Assembly (NCBI RefSeq): GCF_963921235.1
Contig: NC_086097.1
Coordinates: 116,500,001 to 116,564,000, forward strand
DNA: 64,000 nt
Reading direction: 5' to 3'
From: Mobula hypostoma
Lineage: Eukaryota
Made by a program: the position numbers and the translations under genes. Below the pieces are notes generated by a model, which saw only the letters and a list, made by a program, of their open reading frames with translations, was not told the DNA's origin and searched no databases. The number at the start of each line of letters is the position of its first letter. Within the stretch, counting starts at the first letter, position 1. Positions 1 through 13,968 of the stretch are shown piece by piece.

Positions 1-228
1 GTCAGAAGTTGTTGTTATGGCACCATTCAGCCAGGTTTTCAATCTCCCTCCTGAATGCTGATTCATCACCTCCTTTGATTCAGCCTATTACAGTAGTGTC
101 ATCAGCAAACTTGAATACAGCATTGGAGCTGCGGTTAGCTTCACAGTCATGAGTGTAAAGTGAAAAGAGCACGGGACTAAGCACACAGCCTTGTGGTGTA
201 CTTGTGCTGATGGAGATTGTGGATAGGA
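1..228 (-). mobile_element. Rex1/Babar-type non-LTR retrotransposon RT fragment
   Basis: Minus translation ISISTSTPQGCVLSPVLFSLYTHDC...FKFADDTTVIG carries the PQG and FADD RT motifs. Confidence 0.85.
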
Positions 229-239
229 TTTTGTCCTCT

Positions 240-787
240 TTACCTTGGAAAAGAAAATACCTGAAAAACTTACAAAAGAGGACGCACCTCTTGAAGTGTT
301 CACCCAAATGCAAATTAAAAGTCTCCCTATTATGGCAGAAGTGATCCAAACGGAAACCAGAAATGACCCCACACTGTTTCAGATCCACATAGAAACTCAA
401 AATTTGCAGCAGAAGTTCCAGTTTCCCCATTTTTACCCTTCCTTATCATTTTGACTTTGACAGGGGTTGCCTTATGAGGGGATTGAGACAATATATACAC
501 ATACACACACACACATATATCTCTAGATAGAGTATATATATGTTGAAATGCATTCTATAATTTGTTGGAGTTTCTAACTAAGCAAAGAGGAGTATTGTGT
601 TTTGTAAATATATTGTTTAATTAAGCATTTTTTGTTTACATAGTTCATTACAGGTTATATATAAAACTACGTGAATGGCTTACGTCACCATCAGTACTTG
701 CTTTACTGAAGTAAAACAAAACTAAGACATACATCTCCAGGCTTTTCTTTCAATTAGTTTTATATTTTGGAGTTACAAAACATAGCA
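240..787 (+). mobile_element. Degenerate Gypsy remnant: RNaseH-integrase linker, PPT-like tract and 3' LTR (~593-787)
   Basis: EKKIPEKLTKEDAPLEVFTQMQIKSLPI resembles 24950-25030; 600-787 aligns by eye with 21715-21908 (ends ggagttacaaaacatagca vs ggagttacaaaacataaca). Confidence 0.75.
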
Positions 788-2004
788 GTTTCCTCTGGGT
801 GCTTTGGTTTTGCTCCCACGTTCCAGAGATGTACAGTTAAAGTTAGCGAGTTGTGGGCTTGTTATGTTGGTGCTGGAAGCATTATGACTCTTGTGGGACG
901 CCTTGCACAATCGTCAGTGATTTGGTTTGACGCAAATGGCATTTCACAGTACGTCTTGATGTACATGTGACAAATAAAGCTAATCTTTCTCTTTCTCTTG
1001 ATTTGTGTCACCATTTAAATAATCTGCCTTTCTACGTTTCCAACCTAAGTAGATAATTTCATATTTAGCCACATTATATTCCATTTGCTATTCACTAAAT
1101 GTAAGTCTAAATCCTTTTGAATCCTCTTTGCAACTTCCTCACAATCCATAAAACCATTCAGTTTTATACAGATGAAGTTTCACAACATTTTACATTTAAT
1201 TCTCTCATCCAGATCATTGATATTTATTGCAAATAGCTGAATCCCCTCGACAGTCACTTCCCACCACCACATGAAAGACAATTTATTCCTTCTCTCTGTT
1301 TCCTATCTGACCAAGATTTGCAATTCATAGCTGTACATATTTACCAATCATGATGCTTTAATTTTGCACATTGCTCTCTTATGAGTGATGTTATCAAAGA
1401 ACTTCTAAAACCCAAGTACACCACATCCTCTGGTTTCCCCCATTTAGTTTATAATTACATCGTCAGAAAGCTTGACTAGCTTAGTCCAACATGACATTTT
1501 TCTTTGTAAATTCACACTCATCTTTTCTACTCCACACTCATCTTTTCCACTCCTGTGTTATTTTCTAAGTGTCCTGTTTTCTACATCATACATTGTCACA
1601 ACTTGCCTCGACTGATACTAGGCTAACTGCTGTGTTCCATTGTCTCTCCCAAAATATTTTTGAAATAGTGGACTTAAGTTTTCCATTCTGCGGACAGCAG
1701 GAGCTGTTCCAGAATGAAATAATTTTAGAAAATGGCTGTAAATGCACCTACTATTTCTACTCTTTCAATGCTCTTGAGGTATAGATTTCAGTCTCATTAA
1801 TTCTTTCAGCTCTACTTCTTGTTGTTAAATCTAATTTCCACCATTTTTTTTTCCGTTTCATTAGACTTTCGGTTCCTTTGCCTTTCTGGGATGTTGCTTA
1901 TGCGCTTATCCTTGAAGACTGAGCAAAAGTTATTATTTAGTTATTCTGCCATTTCTCCGAACCCCATTATAAATTCTCCTATCTCTGACTCTCTGATTGT
2001 TTTC

Positions 2005-2265
2005 ATTTATTGATTGATTGAGACACAGCGCAGAATCGGCCCTTCCGGCCCTTTGATTCACGCCGCCCAGCAAATCTCGATTTAATCCCAGCCTAAACAT
2101 GGGACAATTTACAACGACCAATTAACCTTTGGACTGTGGGAGGAAACCAGAGCACCCGGAGGAAAGCTATGCAGTCACGGGGAGATCATACAATCTCCTT
2201 ACAGGCAGCGGTGGGAATTGAACCCAGGTTGTCTGTACTGGGAAGTGTTGTGCTAACCCACCACG
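2005..2265 (-). repeat. SINE-like repeat
   Basis: Shares gggaggaaaccagagcac/gaacccagg blocks with copies at 27640-27900, 61660-61990 and 63075-63240. Confidence 0.6.
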
Positions 2266-2769
2266 ATCAAGCTGTTCCTTCATCTATTATTTTACTTATG
2301 TCCTTAGGTTCATTACATTTTTTTGGCAAATTTATATGCTTCTTCTTTGGATCTAATCGTCAGAGAGTCATAGAACGATACCGTACAGGAACAGACCCTT
2401 TAGGCCATCTAGTCCTAGTCCATATCAAACTATTATTCTGCCTAGTCCCATTGACCTGCACCCAGACCTTAGCCTTCCATACCCCTCCAAGCTGGCAGCT
2501 CCTTCCACACTCTCATCACTCTCTGAGTGAAGAAGTTTCCCCCTCATTTTACCCTTGACCTCTATTTCTAGCCTCATCCAACCTCGGTGGAAAAAGCCTG
2601 TTTGTTTCAATGCTTAATTCTCAATACTATTCATAATTTTTCACAGGATCCATGATTTGGTCATTGCTCAGCTTGTGCACCAGAAGTAATGTCTAACAGC
2701 TGAAGTTCCTGAATCCATCAGCATTGTCTATGTACTGTCATATGTCTGGGTACCTTGGTAGGAAAAATA

Positions 2770-4075
2770 AGAGTGTGGAAAGGACATTTTAGAATAGACC
2801 CTCCATGGCCAGAGCACCTCTCCACTGCTATCGGCCTCCTCCATTAACAGCTGTCAGAGAACAAAAGCAACCACCATCCTCCTCTGTCTGGTGGAAATGG
2901 TCCTGACCCTCAACAATTTCTCTTTCAGCTATTCCCACTTTCTGCAATGCAAAGGTATAGCTATGGGCACTTGCTTAGACTCTGGCTATGCCTGCCTTTT
3001 TGTTGGCTACAGGGAACAGTCCTGTGGAATTTGTTGCCATGAGTCATTGGGTGCATTAAGGCAGAGATAGATCGGCTCTTTATTAACCAGGGCATCAAAG
3101 GTTATGGGGAGAAGGCAGGGGAGTGGGGATGACTGGAAGAATTGGATCAGCCCATGATTGAATGGTGGAGCAGACTCGATGGGCCAAATGGCCAACTTCT
3201 GCTCCTATATCTTATGGTCTCATGTTCCAATCTTACACTGGTAATGCTCCCCAACTCTTCCTCCACTACATTGACAACGGTATTGGTGCTGCTTCATGCA
3301 CACATACTGAGCTCATCAATTCCATCAGTTTGCCTCCAACATCCACCCTGTCCGTGTAAAAATGCCATTCCTTTCTCATTTCTTTAACCTCCACTGCTTC
3401 TGTTCTCAGGATGAGGACTCCCTTTCCAGAACATCTGTAATGTCCTCCTTTTTCAAACAACACTGTTTCCCTCCCACCACTATCTCACTTGCATCTCCTC
3501 GATTTCCCGCACATCTGACCTCACCCCATCCTCCCACCTTCATAACAGGGATAAGGTTCCTCTACTGCCATGATAGAGCAATGGATACATTATTGATCCC
3601 AAAGGAAATTACGATCTCACAATAGCATTACAAGTGCACAAATATACAAATTTACAAATATTAGAAGAGAACTAAGAAAAAACATGAGGCCAAGCTCAAG
3701 ATGGAGAAACAACATCTCATATTGCATCTACGTAGGTTCCAACCTAATGGCATTAATTTCTCCAACTTCCAGTAACCTCTCCCCTCTCACCCCTCTCCTT
3801 TTCTCTTTCCCATTTTGACTTCCCTCTCAGACTCTTCTCTTCTCCTCACCTTCCCATCACCTCCATCTGGTTTCTCTCTTTCTTCCTTTCCTTCCACAGT
3901 ACACAGTCTTCTCTTATCAGATTCCTTCTTCTTCTGCCCTTTTTCTTGTCCACATATCCGCCACTAGCCTCTTACTTCATTTCCCCTCCCCACATAGCCA
4001 GCTTTTCCCTCAACTGGTTTCACCAACAACACTGCCAGCTTCTACTCCTCCCCCACTCCCCTTCCCATTCTACAG
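2770..4075 (+). mobile_element. Degenerate Penelope-like element (RT remnant and pyrimidine-rich tail), interrupted by a CR1 3' fragment (~3020-3222)
   Basis: Translation LVEMVLTLNNFSF..HFLQCKGIAMGT..GYACLFVGY and QLFLHYIDNGIG match PLE RT motifs; 3680-3770 resembles 49760-49850. Confidence 0.75.
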
Positions 4076-4551
4076 TGACTCTGGCAATACAACAAATGTC
4101 TGTTCTACAAGCCAAACTTGCTGCCATGCATGCACAGAATGCTCCCGTCACAGATTTGTACTCAGAGGAATCTCCAGAGAGCCGCAGCACACAGGCACCC
4201 TGTGTAGTACTCTGGGCAGCCTTCATGGATTGACCCCACCATTGCTTTGCAAATTACATTTACACAATCCCATTGTATGCAGAAACACACAACTGAATTT
4301 GATTCGTAGCCCAAGTACTCTGAAACATGATGATTTAGCACAAGGCACACTATGATATTGTCATGGTGTGCTCTTGCAGGATGGGCCAAGTGCGGAGGAG
4401 AGGCAGGCTTTCAGTTACAGGAAGTGCTGGTAACAGCTTGACCCCAGGAGCAGAGGGTGGCAGATTCCCCACGAAGAGAAGGAAACAAGGGTTTGGACAT
4501 GAGAATGTCAACAGAGCCTCGAAGGAGCGACTGAGCAACACCATGAAACCA

Positions 4552-4654
4552 TGACGAAATTCTGACGAAGGGTCTCGGCCTGAAACGTCGACTGCGCCTC
4601 TTCCTATAGATGGTGCTTGGCCTGCTGCGTTCACCAGCAACTTTGATGTATGTT
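4552..4654 (+). mobile_element. ~100-bp Penelope-terminus insertion carrying a minimal hammerhead core
   Basis: Flanked by a perfect 12-bp duplication accatgaaacca (4540-4551, 4655-4666); contains ctgacga-a-gggtctcggcct-gaaacgtcgact. Confidence 0.8.
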
Positions 4655-5061
4655 ACCATGAAACCAATCATTGTCTCCAACACAATGACTCCGCTAAAGC
4701 ACTAAACGAGAGTCCTCTTTATATAAACATGGGATACGGGAAACATGTGCCAGTCATAATTAACTTGACAAGATTAAACCGAAAGCACATGGACTTAACG
4801 GCTCTAGTTAAGATAGTTTGCAAATACAGGGGCTTGAGGAAGCTAGAAAATCAATGTTCCGTAGCAAGCTGCAGGGGTCCACAGGGCTTATTACGGATAT
4901 GGTAAAATGTCGCAGGAGGAACAATGTAATATGTGGATCACAAATCATGAGAAAAATCCTGCTCAAATCAGGATTTGTAATGTCAGAACATATAATCAAC
5001 ATGATCCAATTTTTAAGCCAGAAAATCCTTATGATTACAGAATGGAAATATATTCACATAG

Positions 5062-5573
5062 ACTGTTTGGCCACTTTGTTTGATACAGCTGTGCACCTGC
5101 TTGTTAATGCAAATATCTAATCAGACAATCTCATGGCAGCAACTCAATGCTTACAAGCATGTAGGCATGGTCAAGAAGTTCAGTCATTGTTCAAATCAAA
5201 TACCAGAATGGGGAAGAAATGTGATCTCAGTGACTTTGACTGTGGAATGATTGTTGGTGCCAGATGGGGTTGCTTGAGTATCTCAGAAACTTCTGACCTG
5301 GGATTTTCACACCCTGCTGTCTCTAGAGTTCACAGAGAATGGTGCAAAGAACAAAAAATATCCAGTGAGCGACGGTTCTGTAGGTGAAAATGCCTTGTTA
5401 ACGAGTGAGGTCAGAGGAAATCTGGCAGGAAGGCGACAATAACTCAAATAACCACACATTACAACAGTGGCGTGCAGAAGAGAAACTCTGAATGCACAAC
5501 ATATTGAACTTTCAAGTGGATGGCAATCAGCAACAGAAGCCCATGAAATGTCTAATAAAATGGCCACTGAATG
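5062..5573 (+). mobile_element. Non-autonomous Tc1-like DNA transposon with N-terminal HTH remnant
   Basis: MGKKCDLSDFDCGMIVGARWGCLSISET peptide; terminal ggccacttt.../aatggccactgaatgta. Confidence 0.8.
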
Positions 5574-6879
5574 TAAATAACAGATTGCATAGTTACAGAA
5601 TGCTCACAGCAGGAAAGGAGGTTATTTGGCCTATTGAGTCCATGCTGGCATTATTTTAGACCAATCCCTATCATCATGTGAACTCACCTCTTTCAAGAGA
5701 AATTCATGATCATTCCAGTGAACCTGTCAGTGGTTAGCCAATAGAGTTGCATTGATTTTGTTGGAAGTTTAAACATACAGCATATTCACCTTTGTGCAAA
5801 ATGCATAATTGAAAGTTTTTGCGCTCACAGTCTAAAATTATTTGATAAAATAAATCTTGAAACAAGATTAAACTCCATAAAGTTTACTTCTATAATTACT
5901 ATATTCATGTTTTGACCATTATTCTTTATATTTTGTTCAACATGGTTTTCAATGTTTGAGTCTTCTTGATCTCATATTGTTTGTTACATTAAAATGCAAG
6001 GCTTCAATGTGAAGAACAGTGAGGACATTTTTGCTGTCACTACACATTTAAAGTATTATCAATGAGCCTAATATTGAGATCAGATGAGGAATATATTAAC
6101 AATTCTCCTCCTTAATTTCATGGAAATGATGACACAATTCCATCAACTGAATAAATTGCTGCACTTTTATTAATGTTGCTGGTTAATAAAACTCTGGAGC
6201 TGCTCTGCATTCGTGCTTTCTTCCATTCCTTTCAATTGAAGTGCATAAAAATTCAGGAAAACCATCTGTCAGTTACAGTCATGCTAGAATGGGTAAGCAT
6301 GATTATTTGTGACTAAGTGACTTTCCATAACCTTATCATAACACTGAATGAAATTAGAAAACTCGGGCTACTGACGTCAATTTTGCTTTGCTCCTCATTT
6401 TGAAAGGGAAGGTTTTGAAGAAAAGTAATGAACCTAAATTAAATGTTTCATCTTCCCCTTTAAATGTGTAAACAAGCCGTCCTTTCCTATTTGAGTTTTT
6501 CAATATAGGCTTAAACATTCTCGAAACAATTACAAATTGGAATCCAAAGCACGTTCTGATCTATTGGCTCTGCAGTCAATTTCATAATAGAATTAATAAT
6601 ATGTCCCGTATCTTCAAGTAAATTGCAGGTTGTTTTTAGGTTATTAAATTAATTATTAACTGTGGATATTCACAATGCCAAAAATGAATTTATAACCTTC
6701 ATACAGGAAGGTTGGAAGAGGCAAGAACAGACTATCTAATTGTTTTCACAAAGTTGTTGTGTGGTTACATTACAGTTAGTTTGAGCATTTTCTCATCTCT
6801 CTGAACATTACAGTTTACCACCTTAATGGGTATTTAGTCATTGTGAAGTATGACGATCCCATGCAAGTTCTGCTAACAA

Positions 6880-7520
6880 CCACCTCTCACTCAATGTAAG
6901 CAAAACTTAAGAGCTGATTATTGACTACAGGAAGAGGAAACCAGAGGTCTGTGAACCAGTCCCCTTTAAGTGATTGGAGGTGGAGAGGGTCAGTAACATT
7001 AAATTGATCAACATTTTCATTTCAGAGTATCTGTCCTGGGAATAGCGCAAAAGAGCCACTACAAAGAATACATGGCAACACATCTACTGTCTTAGAAGTT
7101 TGCATAGAATTATCATGTCATCTATAACTAAACAAACTTCGAGAGGTGCAGAGTGACCAGTAACTTGACTGGTGGCATCACAGCCTCATATGGAAACACC
7201 AATGCCCATGAACAGAAAAGTCTGCTAGAATTAATGGATGCAACCAGTCCATCACAGGAAACATCTTCCCCACCACTGAGCAGACCTACAAGGAGAACTG
7301 CCACAAGAAAGCAACATTCATCATCAAGGACCCCCACTATCCAGGCCGTGCTCTCGTCTCACAACTACCATTAAGAAAGAGGTACAGGAGCCTTAGGTCC
7401 CACACCACCAGTTTTAGGCAGTTATTACCCTTCAAACACCAGGCTCATGAACCAGTGTGGATAACTTCATTCACCTCAACTCTGAACTGATTCCATAACC
7501 TGTGGATTCACTTTCAAGAA
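6880..7520 (+). mobile_element. Rex1/Babar-type LINE 3' fragment
   Basis: Similar to 13150-13960 (gagctgattattgactacaggaa; gactggtggcatcacagcc); AT-rich tail follows. Confidence 0.65.
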
Positions 7521-7794
7521 ATCTACAACTCATGTTTTCAGTATTATTTTATTATTTATATATTTGTTTGTGTATTTATTTATTCATTTGTTTATTTATG
7601 TATTTATTCATTTGCCTACCTATTTATTTATTCAACTGTTAGTTTATTTATTATTTGTTGTTCTATTACTATTATTTGTATTTGTAGTTTGCCTTCTTTG
7701 ATTATCAGTTTTTGTTTGCAGTTTTCCATTGATTCTGGACTTCTCTGTTCCACAATGAGTGCTTGCAAGAAAATGAATCCCAGGGTAGTATAAG

Positions 7795-8090
7795 ATGCCA
7801 CAGTAGTGTACTGGTTAGTGTGACAACATTACAGCTGAGGGAATCTGAGTCTGAAGTTGAAATCCAGCATCGTTTTGTCTGTACGTCCTCCTTGTGGAAT
7901 GCTTGGGTTTGCCCTGGGTGCTCCAGTTTCCTCCCACAATCCAAAGACATACCGGGTCAGTTAAATGGTTATTGTAAATTGTCCTGTGGTTAGGTTAGGG
8001 TTAAATCAGGATTGCAAACGTTTGCTGGGGCAGTGCAGCTCAAAGGGCCAGAAGAGCCTAATCCATGCTGTATCAGTAAATAAATAAACT
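7795..8090 (+). repeat. SINE-like repeat
   Basis: tRNA-like head (agtgtactggttag), central gggtgctccagtttcctcccacaatccaaagac, (TAAA)n tail; related copy at 28765-29045. Confidence 0.65.
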
Positions 8091-8218
8091 AAATATATAA
8101 AATAAATACTTCCTGTACATCCTTTGACAATAAATTTACTTTGAACTTTGAACTTTTGGGTTCAGAGCATGTGGCTATGCGCGGTTCCAAAGCGATCAAT
8201 GCTGGGCCCCAGATGCTC

Positions 8219-8765
8219 TGTAAAGGAAGTGTTAAATTTGATTCCTCCTTGGAATATGCCAAAATGTATAACACAAAATGAAATTTTGAAGACAAAGTGT
8301 TGTTAGTCTGGGAGTGAGAATGTTTTGAGAATAAACAAGAGAACCAGTCCACAGCCATGTTTTGAGAAATTAAGTGTAGGTACCAGTCTACAGCCTTGAG
8401 AGTAGAATGGTGAAAAGCAAGTTTGTCTGGACAAGTACTGGGGATCTTGAAGGGTATAAAAGGAGGCAATTTCTTTGCACAAGGATGAATCTTCTGTCAG
8501 GCTGACTGCCATCTAGGGCTAAGAGTCTGAGATATGGACAAGGAGAGGGAGAGACAGAGAGAGTGGAAAAGTTGTATGCATATGGTTCCCTCCAGCACTA
8601 TATTGTATGGCTTGGCTTAATGATTGGTTGAAAAGTATTCTTTTTCTCTTTTGCTACCTTATTAATGATTTCCCTTTCTTTCTGTATTTATCCTTTACAT
8701 AACTCTAATAAAGTAATTTTATATAAACTTTGACATGTGTACAGTGCCTCCTTTATTTGTGGATA
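8219..8765 (+). mobile_element. Possible old solo LTR
   Basis: Begins TGTAA, has TATA (gggtataaaagg, 8452-8463) and AATAAA (8707-8712) in LTR order; 3' end and TSD unclear. Confidence 0.35.
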
Positions 8766-9678
8766 CCTCTTGCTGCTGAATCAGAAAAGAACAAGAAAAT
8801 ATGTTTAAAAATATTTTTAAAATACATCCAATGACCTGTGGATCCATATCAATATTAATTGCTAAATTGAAAAATCTGAACGCTAAGTGTGAGAAATAGC
8901 ACCTCATCTTCTTCCTTGGCACATTAGAGCTCTCAGAACTTAGCAATTTCAGATAACCATCCTTGTGTCAGAACTGTGCAGTTCTGATGGTCCATACTTC
9001 TCTCTCACAGCAGTTCTGCACCACTTCTTCTGTCATTCAGTCATTCTTGTTCTCCACTCTACCATTAAGAATCCCCTTTTCCTCTATCTTTCTTTTCCCT
9101 TTCTCTGATCTTAAATATGTTTGATTTTTTACCTTTTTTTCTATTCTGATTGTGGATTTTCTCTGCTTCTCTCAACAAAAAATTGCCTGACCTTCTGAGT
9201 AGTTCCAGTGGTTTTTCTTTAGTTTCAAAGTTTCAGCATACGTGTAGTTTGTAGCTTTGAGGTAAGCTATGGAAATGACACAAGTTACAGGGATCGGATA
9301 AACAAGCAGACGGCTCTGAGCTAAATGAAAGGCAGACCAGGCATATCACAAAGATGGACCAGTCCTGTTCCGATTTCTTATGTTCTTTTGTTGCCGTATC
9401 TATTTATAAATTGGCCTAAGCACCTTCAAGGATTTGTGGTCCTGGGTTTGGAGGAGTGCCTGTGTGTGTGTGAGTGGGCAGCTGGGTGGATGGGAGGGAG
9501 GAAAGGTCTTGTTTTGTTGTTGCTGTTCTACTGAACATTGTAGGCTTGCTATGTTGACGCCACTTGCAGGCTGCCTCAAACACATCCATAGGTTGTGTTG
9601 TCTGTTAAATGATACATTTTGCTATATGTTTCCACGGACAGCTGATAAATAAATAAACCTATACCTGAATATGACATA

Positions 9679-10394
9679 CACTCAGTGGCCACTTTATTAG
9701 GTACAACTGCACCGGCTCGGTAATGCAAATATCTAATCAGCCATTCGTGGGGCAGCAACTCAATGCATAAAAGCATGCAGACATGGTCAAGAGGTTCAGT
9801 TGTTGTTCAGGCCAAACATCAGAAAGGGGAAGAAATGTGATCTAAGTGATTTTGATCATTGAATAATTGTTGGTGCCAGACGGGGTAGTTTGAGTATCTC
9901 AGAAACTGCTGAACTCCTGGGATTTTCATGCACAACAGTCTCTAGAGTTTACAGGGAATGGTGTAAAAGACAAACACGTATCTAGTGAGTGACAGCTCCG
10001 TAGGTGCCATGTTAAAGAGACAGGTCAGAAGAGAACGGCCACAAACACGAGGAAATGTGCAGATGCTGGAAATTCAAGCAACACACATAAGAAATGCTGA
10101 TGAACGCAGCAGGCCAGGCAGCATCAATAGGAAAAGGCACAGTCGACGTTTCAGACCAAGATCCTTCATCAGGACTAACTGAAAGAAGAGATAGTAAGCT
10201 GACAGAAAGGCAACAGTAACTCAAATAACCATGCATTACAACAGCGGTGTGCAAAATAGCATCTCTGAGTTCACAAAACAGTGAAACTTGAAGTAGAAGG
10301 TAGCAGAAGTGGTACAGCAGAAGACCACAATGTGTTCCCCTCCTGTACCATTTTATTAGTTACTCTGTTGTATCTATAAAGTGATCAGTGGGTG
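9679..10394 (+). mobile_element. Non-autonomous Tc1-like element with a nested Penelope-terminus fragment
   Basis: TA + cactcagtggccactttattaggtaca terminus; HTH remnant; foreign segment at ~10041-10195. Confidence 0.8.
10141..10176 (-). ncRNA. Minimal type I hammerhead ribozyme motif (Penelope terminus)
   Basis: Reverse complement AGUC CUGAUGA A GGA UCUUGG UCU GAAAC GUC GACU has the core boxes, stems I/II and a GUC cleavage triplet. Confidence 0.65.
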
Positions 10395-11319
10395 CATATA
10401 CTCATGTCACACTATTACTGCATAACCTTTAAAACATTGTTGCTCCTTATGCTTACTGCCAAAGCATATTATTTCATACCTACAAGCTGCAGGAGGATCT
10501 GCTGCAAGTCCCTCTGGCAGATTTCCACTCCACTTTCCAACATCTGCAGTCTCTTGTTTCATGCCTTAATGAGGTTTCTGTTGCTGTCCTGCTCTTCAGC
10601 CGCATTCTTATCAAGCCTGGCTACTACTGTCATGCACCTTTCTTCAATCCTGTTAAGTTGCTCCAAATTCCAACATTTTCTGTCTCTCGTAACTTCATTT
10701 CATTCCTAAGGAGGCTGGAATTTTTCTCCCCTGGTTAGAACGATGAGAGCTGATCACATTGAAACAAGCAAAATTCTTATGGTCTCACACATAATACCGT
10801 GGTTTGGAGTCATTACAGCATACAGTGATATGCTTTGACTGTAAGCGGTTATTTGGGCCTCATTGGTGTTATGTTTGTTCTCGATAAAAGACAAACTTAG
10901 TGTGGGTAAAAGTAATTTATTTGCAGATGTCGCCAGTCATGGCTTCAGCTCGACACGAGCATGTTCAACCAAATCACCAATGTCACTTTCGGTTCCAGGT
11001 GAACCACCTGCATTGCACACAGGTAACTGATGTTCTTTATTAAGCACATACATAATAACACACCTTCACCCTTAAAGACAATTGAAATACAATACTATGT
11101 CCTCATAAACCTGCAAGAAACAATAATTGTCTCCAACAAAGAAATTTATGTTAACTTCAATTGTAATGAACAAATACAGCCCCCGATTCACTCAACAACT
11201 CTCAATCAGTCTCTGAGGTGGTTTGATTATCCTTTTTGGTCTGTTTTTTATCTCCACAGATGTATTGCTTTCACTTGCTGTGATCCTAGTTCTTTATTAT
11301 GTACACACATGATAACACA

Positions 11320-11687
11320 TTTGGGACCAGTACATTTTGGCCCAGTTAAATGGCTGACCCAAACGGCAGAAGTTTAATAGAAATCATTGAAAGGAAAAAA
11401 AGACAAACTACTGTTTAGCTGAGTAACATGTATTAAACTGAAAGACAGAATAAATTAGATTGCTACTAATACCTCCAGAGTGCTATAAAACTGTGTATTA
11501 GTTCCTAATATTTATCCATGAAGAAGTTCATCTGCAGTGTTCTTTCAACTGACCTTAAACTTACCAAATCAGCGCAGGTGCAAGATGCTGGAGGATCTCG
11601 GCCCAAAACTTTGACTGTACTTTTTTCCATTATTGCTGCCTAGCCTGCTGAGTTCCTCCAATGGCCCAATTATCCAGAATTCACTGT
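11320..11687. mobile_element. Tigger/pogo-like MITE fragment
   Basis: Same family as 50993-51806 (ggaccagtacattttggc; end ccaattatccagaattcactg TA). Confidence 0.6.
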
Positions 11688-13139
11688 ATATGTACTCCGT
11701 TCTGTGACTCAGGGAACCATGTTTGAATTACGCACTCTAACTAATTTCCAAGATATATCTGTACCATTCAGTAAGTTGTATTAACAAGATAGCTTGCTTC
11801 ATCATGTAGCAATTTCTATAACCTGCATAAAATACTGTGACTCCAAAGAGAAGCCCAAGTAAAAATAATGCAGGTAATATTTATTTAAATACTCAAAAAA
11901 GGTTTTATGCCTATTTGGTTAATTTTGATGTTCGGGATTTACCTGTACAGATAGAGTGATGAATATCACAAATCAACAGTAACATCAATGCTAAGCTGTT
12001 GCATTAGCTTTATAATATTCTGATTATCTTAGGAAAACTTTATAAAATACATGTTTGGATATTGCCGGAATATAGTATCAACTTTAGGGGACCACACATC
12101 AAGAAAGATGTAAATGCTTCAGAGGAAGTTTATATTTGATTTTCTAAAATGAAAATTAAATCACCTAGGACATGCCCTTTTCTCATTGTTACCATCAGGA
12201 AGGAGGTACAGAAGCTTGAAGGCACCCACTCAGTGATTCAGGAACAGCTTCTTTCTTTCTGCTATCCGATTTCTAAATGGACATTGAACCCATGAACACT
12301 ACCTCACTTTTTAATGTATATTATTTTTGCTTTTGCACCATTTTTAATCTATTCAATATACATATACTGTGATTTATTTATTTTTCTTCTATATTATGTA
12401 TTGCATTGAACTGCTGCTGTTAAGCTAACAAATTTCATGACACATGCCAGTGATAATAAACCTGATATAGATTCTGATTCTGATTCCAGAGATGAAGAAC
12501 TCTAGTCGTGTGGATAAATTGAAGATTTAATTCATTAAGTTCAATGGGAAGTTGGTGTTGTGGTCCATGATGCCACTTAACTTTGTTTTGTAGCCTGTTA
12601 TGGCACAATGGAAGACTAGTCTCTGAATCATCTTTTAGTACCCCACATCTTTATGGTGAGCCTATCTCGATTTCTTCAGTAAAGAGTGGATCTCCCAGTT
12701 CATACATGTTTCCAGTTTGGGAACAACCCAAATTGCCACTCTATCCTCCGTCATTTGCATGTCATTTCTCTACACCTCGATCCACCTATCATCTGCCAAC
12801 TGTTGCTCCATTCCTTCCCCCCAACATTTTACATTGACTATCTTCCCTCTTTCTTTCTGTCCAGAGAAGGGGCCTCATTCCAAAACATGAATGTCCATTT
12901 CCCTTCTCAGCTGCTTCCTGAGCCATTGAGATCTTCCAGCTCTGAAGTCCAGAATCATGTCTCCAGGTAGAATGAAGGTAATAGACAAAAGACCCACAAA
13001 GATTCACAATGACATGCCGAAATTGGATGACTGGAGTGTGGGAAGATGAGATGTTACATTCCAGATCTACATAAAATCATGAGGGGCATAGCTAGAGTGA
13101 ATAGTCACCATCTCAGAATCAGAATCAGATTTACTAACA

Positions 13140-13955
13140 TCGACTGTAAACAATAACGAGGTGGCCTACAAGGAAGAAGTCATCTGTCTGATACAGTGGT
13201 GTCAAGAAAACAACCTCCCCTCAATGCCACAAAAACAAAGGAGTTGGTTGTGGATTGCAGGAGGAATGGGGGTGGGCTAACCCCTATTGAGGTCAATGGA
13301 TATGGGGTTGAGAGGGTGAGCAGTTTTAAGTTCCTCAGCATCCACTCACCGAGGACCTCATGTGAAATGTACACACCAGTTGTGTGGTGAAAAAGGCACA
13401 ACAGCGCCTCTTTCACCTCAGGCAGTTGAGGAAGTTTGGTTTGGGCCCCCAATTCCTAAGAACTTTCTACAGGGGCACAATTGAGAGCATCCTGACTGGC
13501 TACATCACCGCCTAGTATGGGAAATGTACTTCCCTTAATTGCAGGACTCTGCAGAGAGTAGTGTGGACAGCCCAGCGCATCTGTAGTTGTCAACTTCCCA
13601 TGATTCAGACAATTTACAAAGACAGGTGTGAAAAAAGGCCCGAAGGATCATTGGAGACCTGAGTCACCCCAACCACAATCTATTCTAGCTGCTACCATCC
13701 GGGAAACAGTACTGCAGCATAAAGGCCAGGACCAACAGGCTCCAGGACAACTTCTTCCACCAGGCCATCAGACTGATTAACTCAAGCTGATTTAAGTGTA
13801 TTTCTATGTTGTATGGACGGTTCTATTTTTTACAAATTATTATAAATTACTATGATTGCACATTGCACGTTTAGACAGAGACATAACATAAAGAATTTTA
13901 TTCCTCGTGTACATGAAGGATGTAAGAAATAAAGTCAATTCAATTCAATTCAATA
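13140..13955 (+). mobile_element. Rex1/Babar-type LINE 3' fragment
   Basis: LNATKTKELVVDCRR...VERVSSFKFLSIH peptide; ends aataaagt(caatt)n. Confidence 0.8.
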
Positions 13956-13968
13956 TTATATATACATA

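Noticed and set aside
10478..10700. Minus-strand coiled-coil-like peptide (LEQLNRIEERC...RDLQQILLQLV) followed by GT
   Set aside because: In-frame stops inside and upstream, no recognisable family; cannot support an exon call
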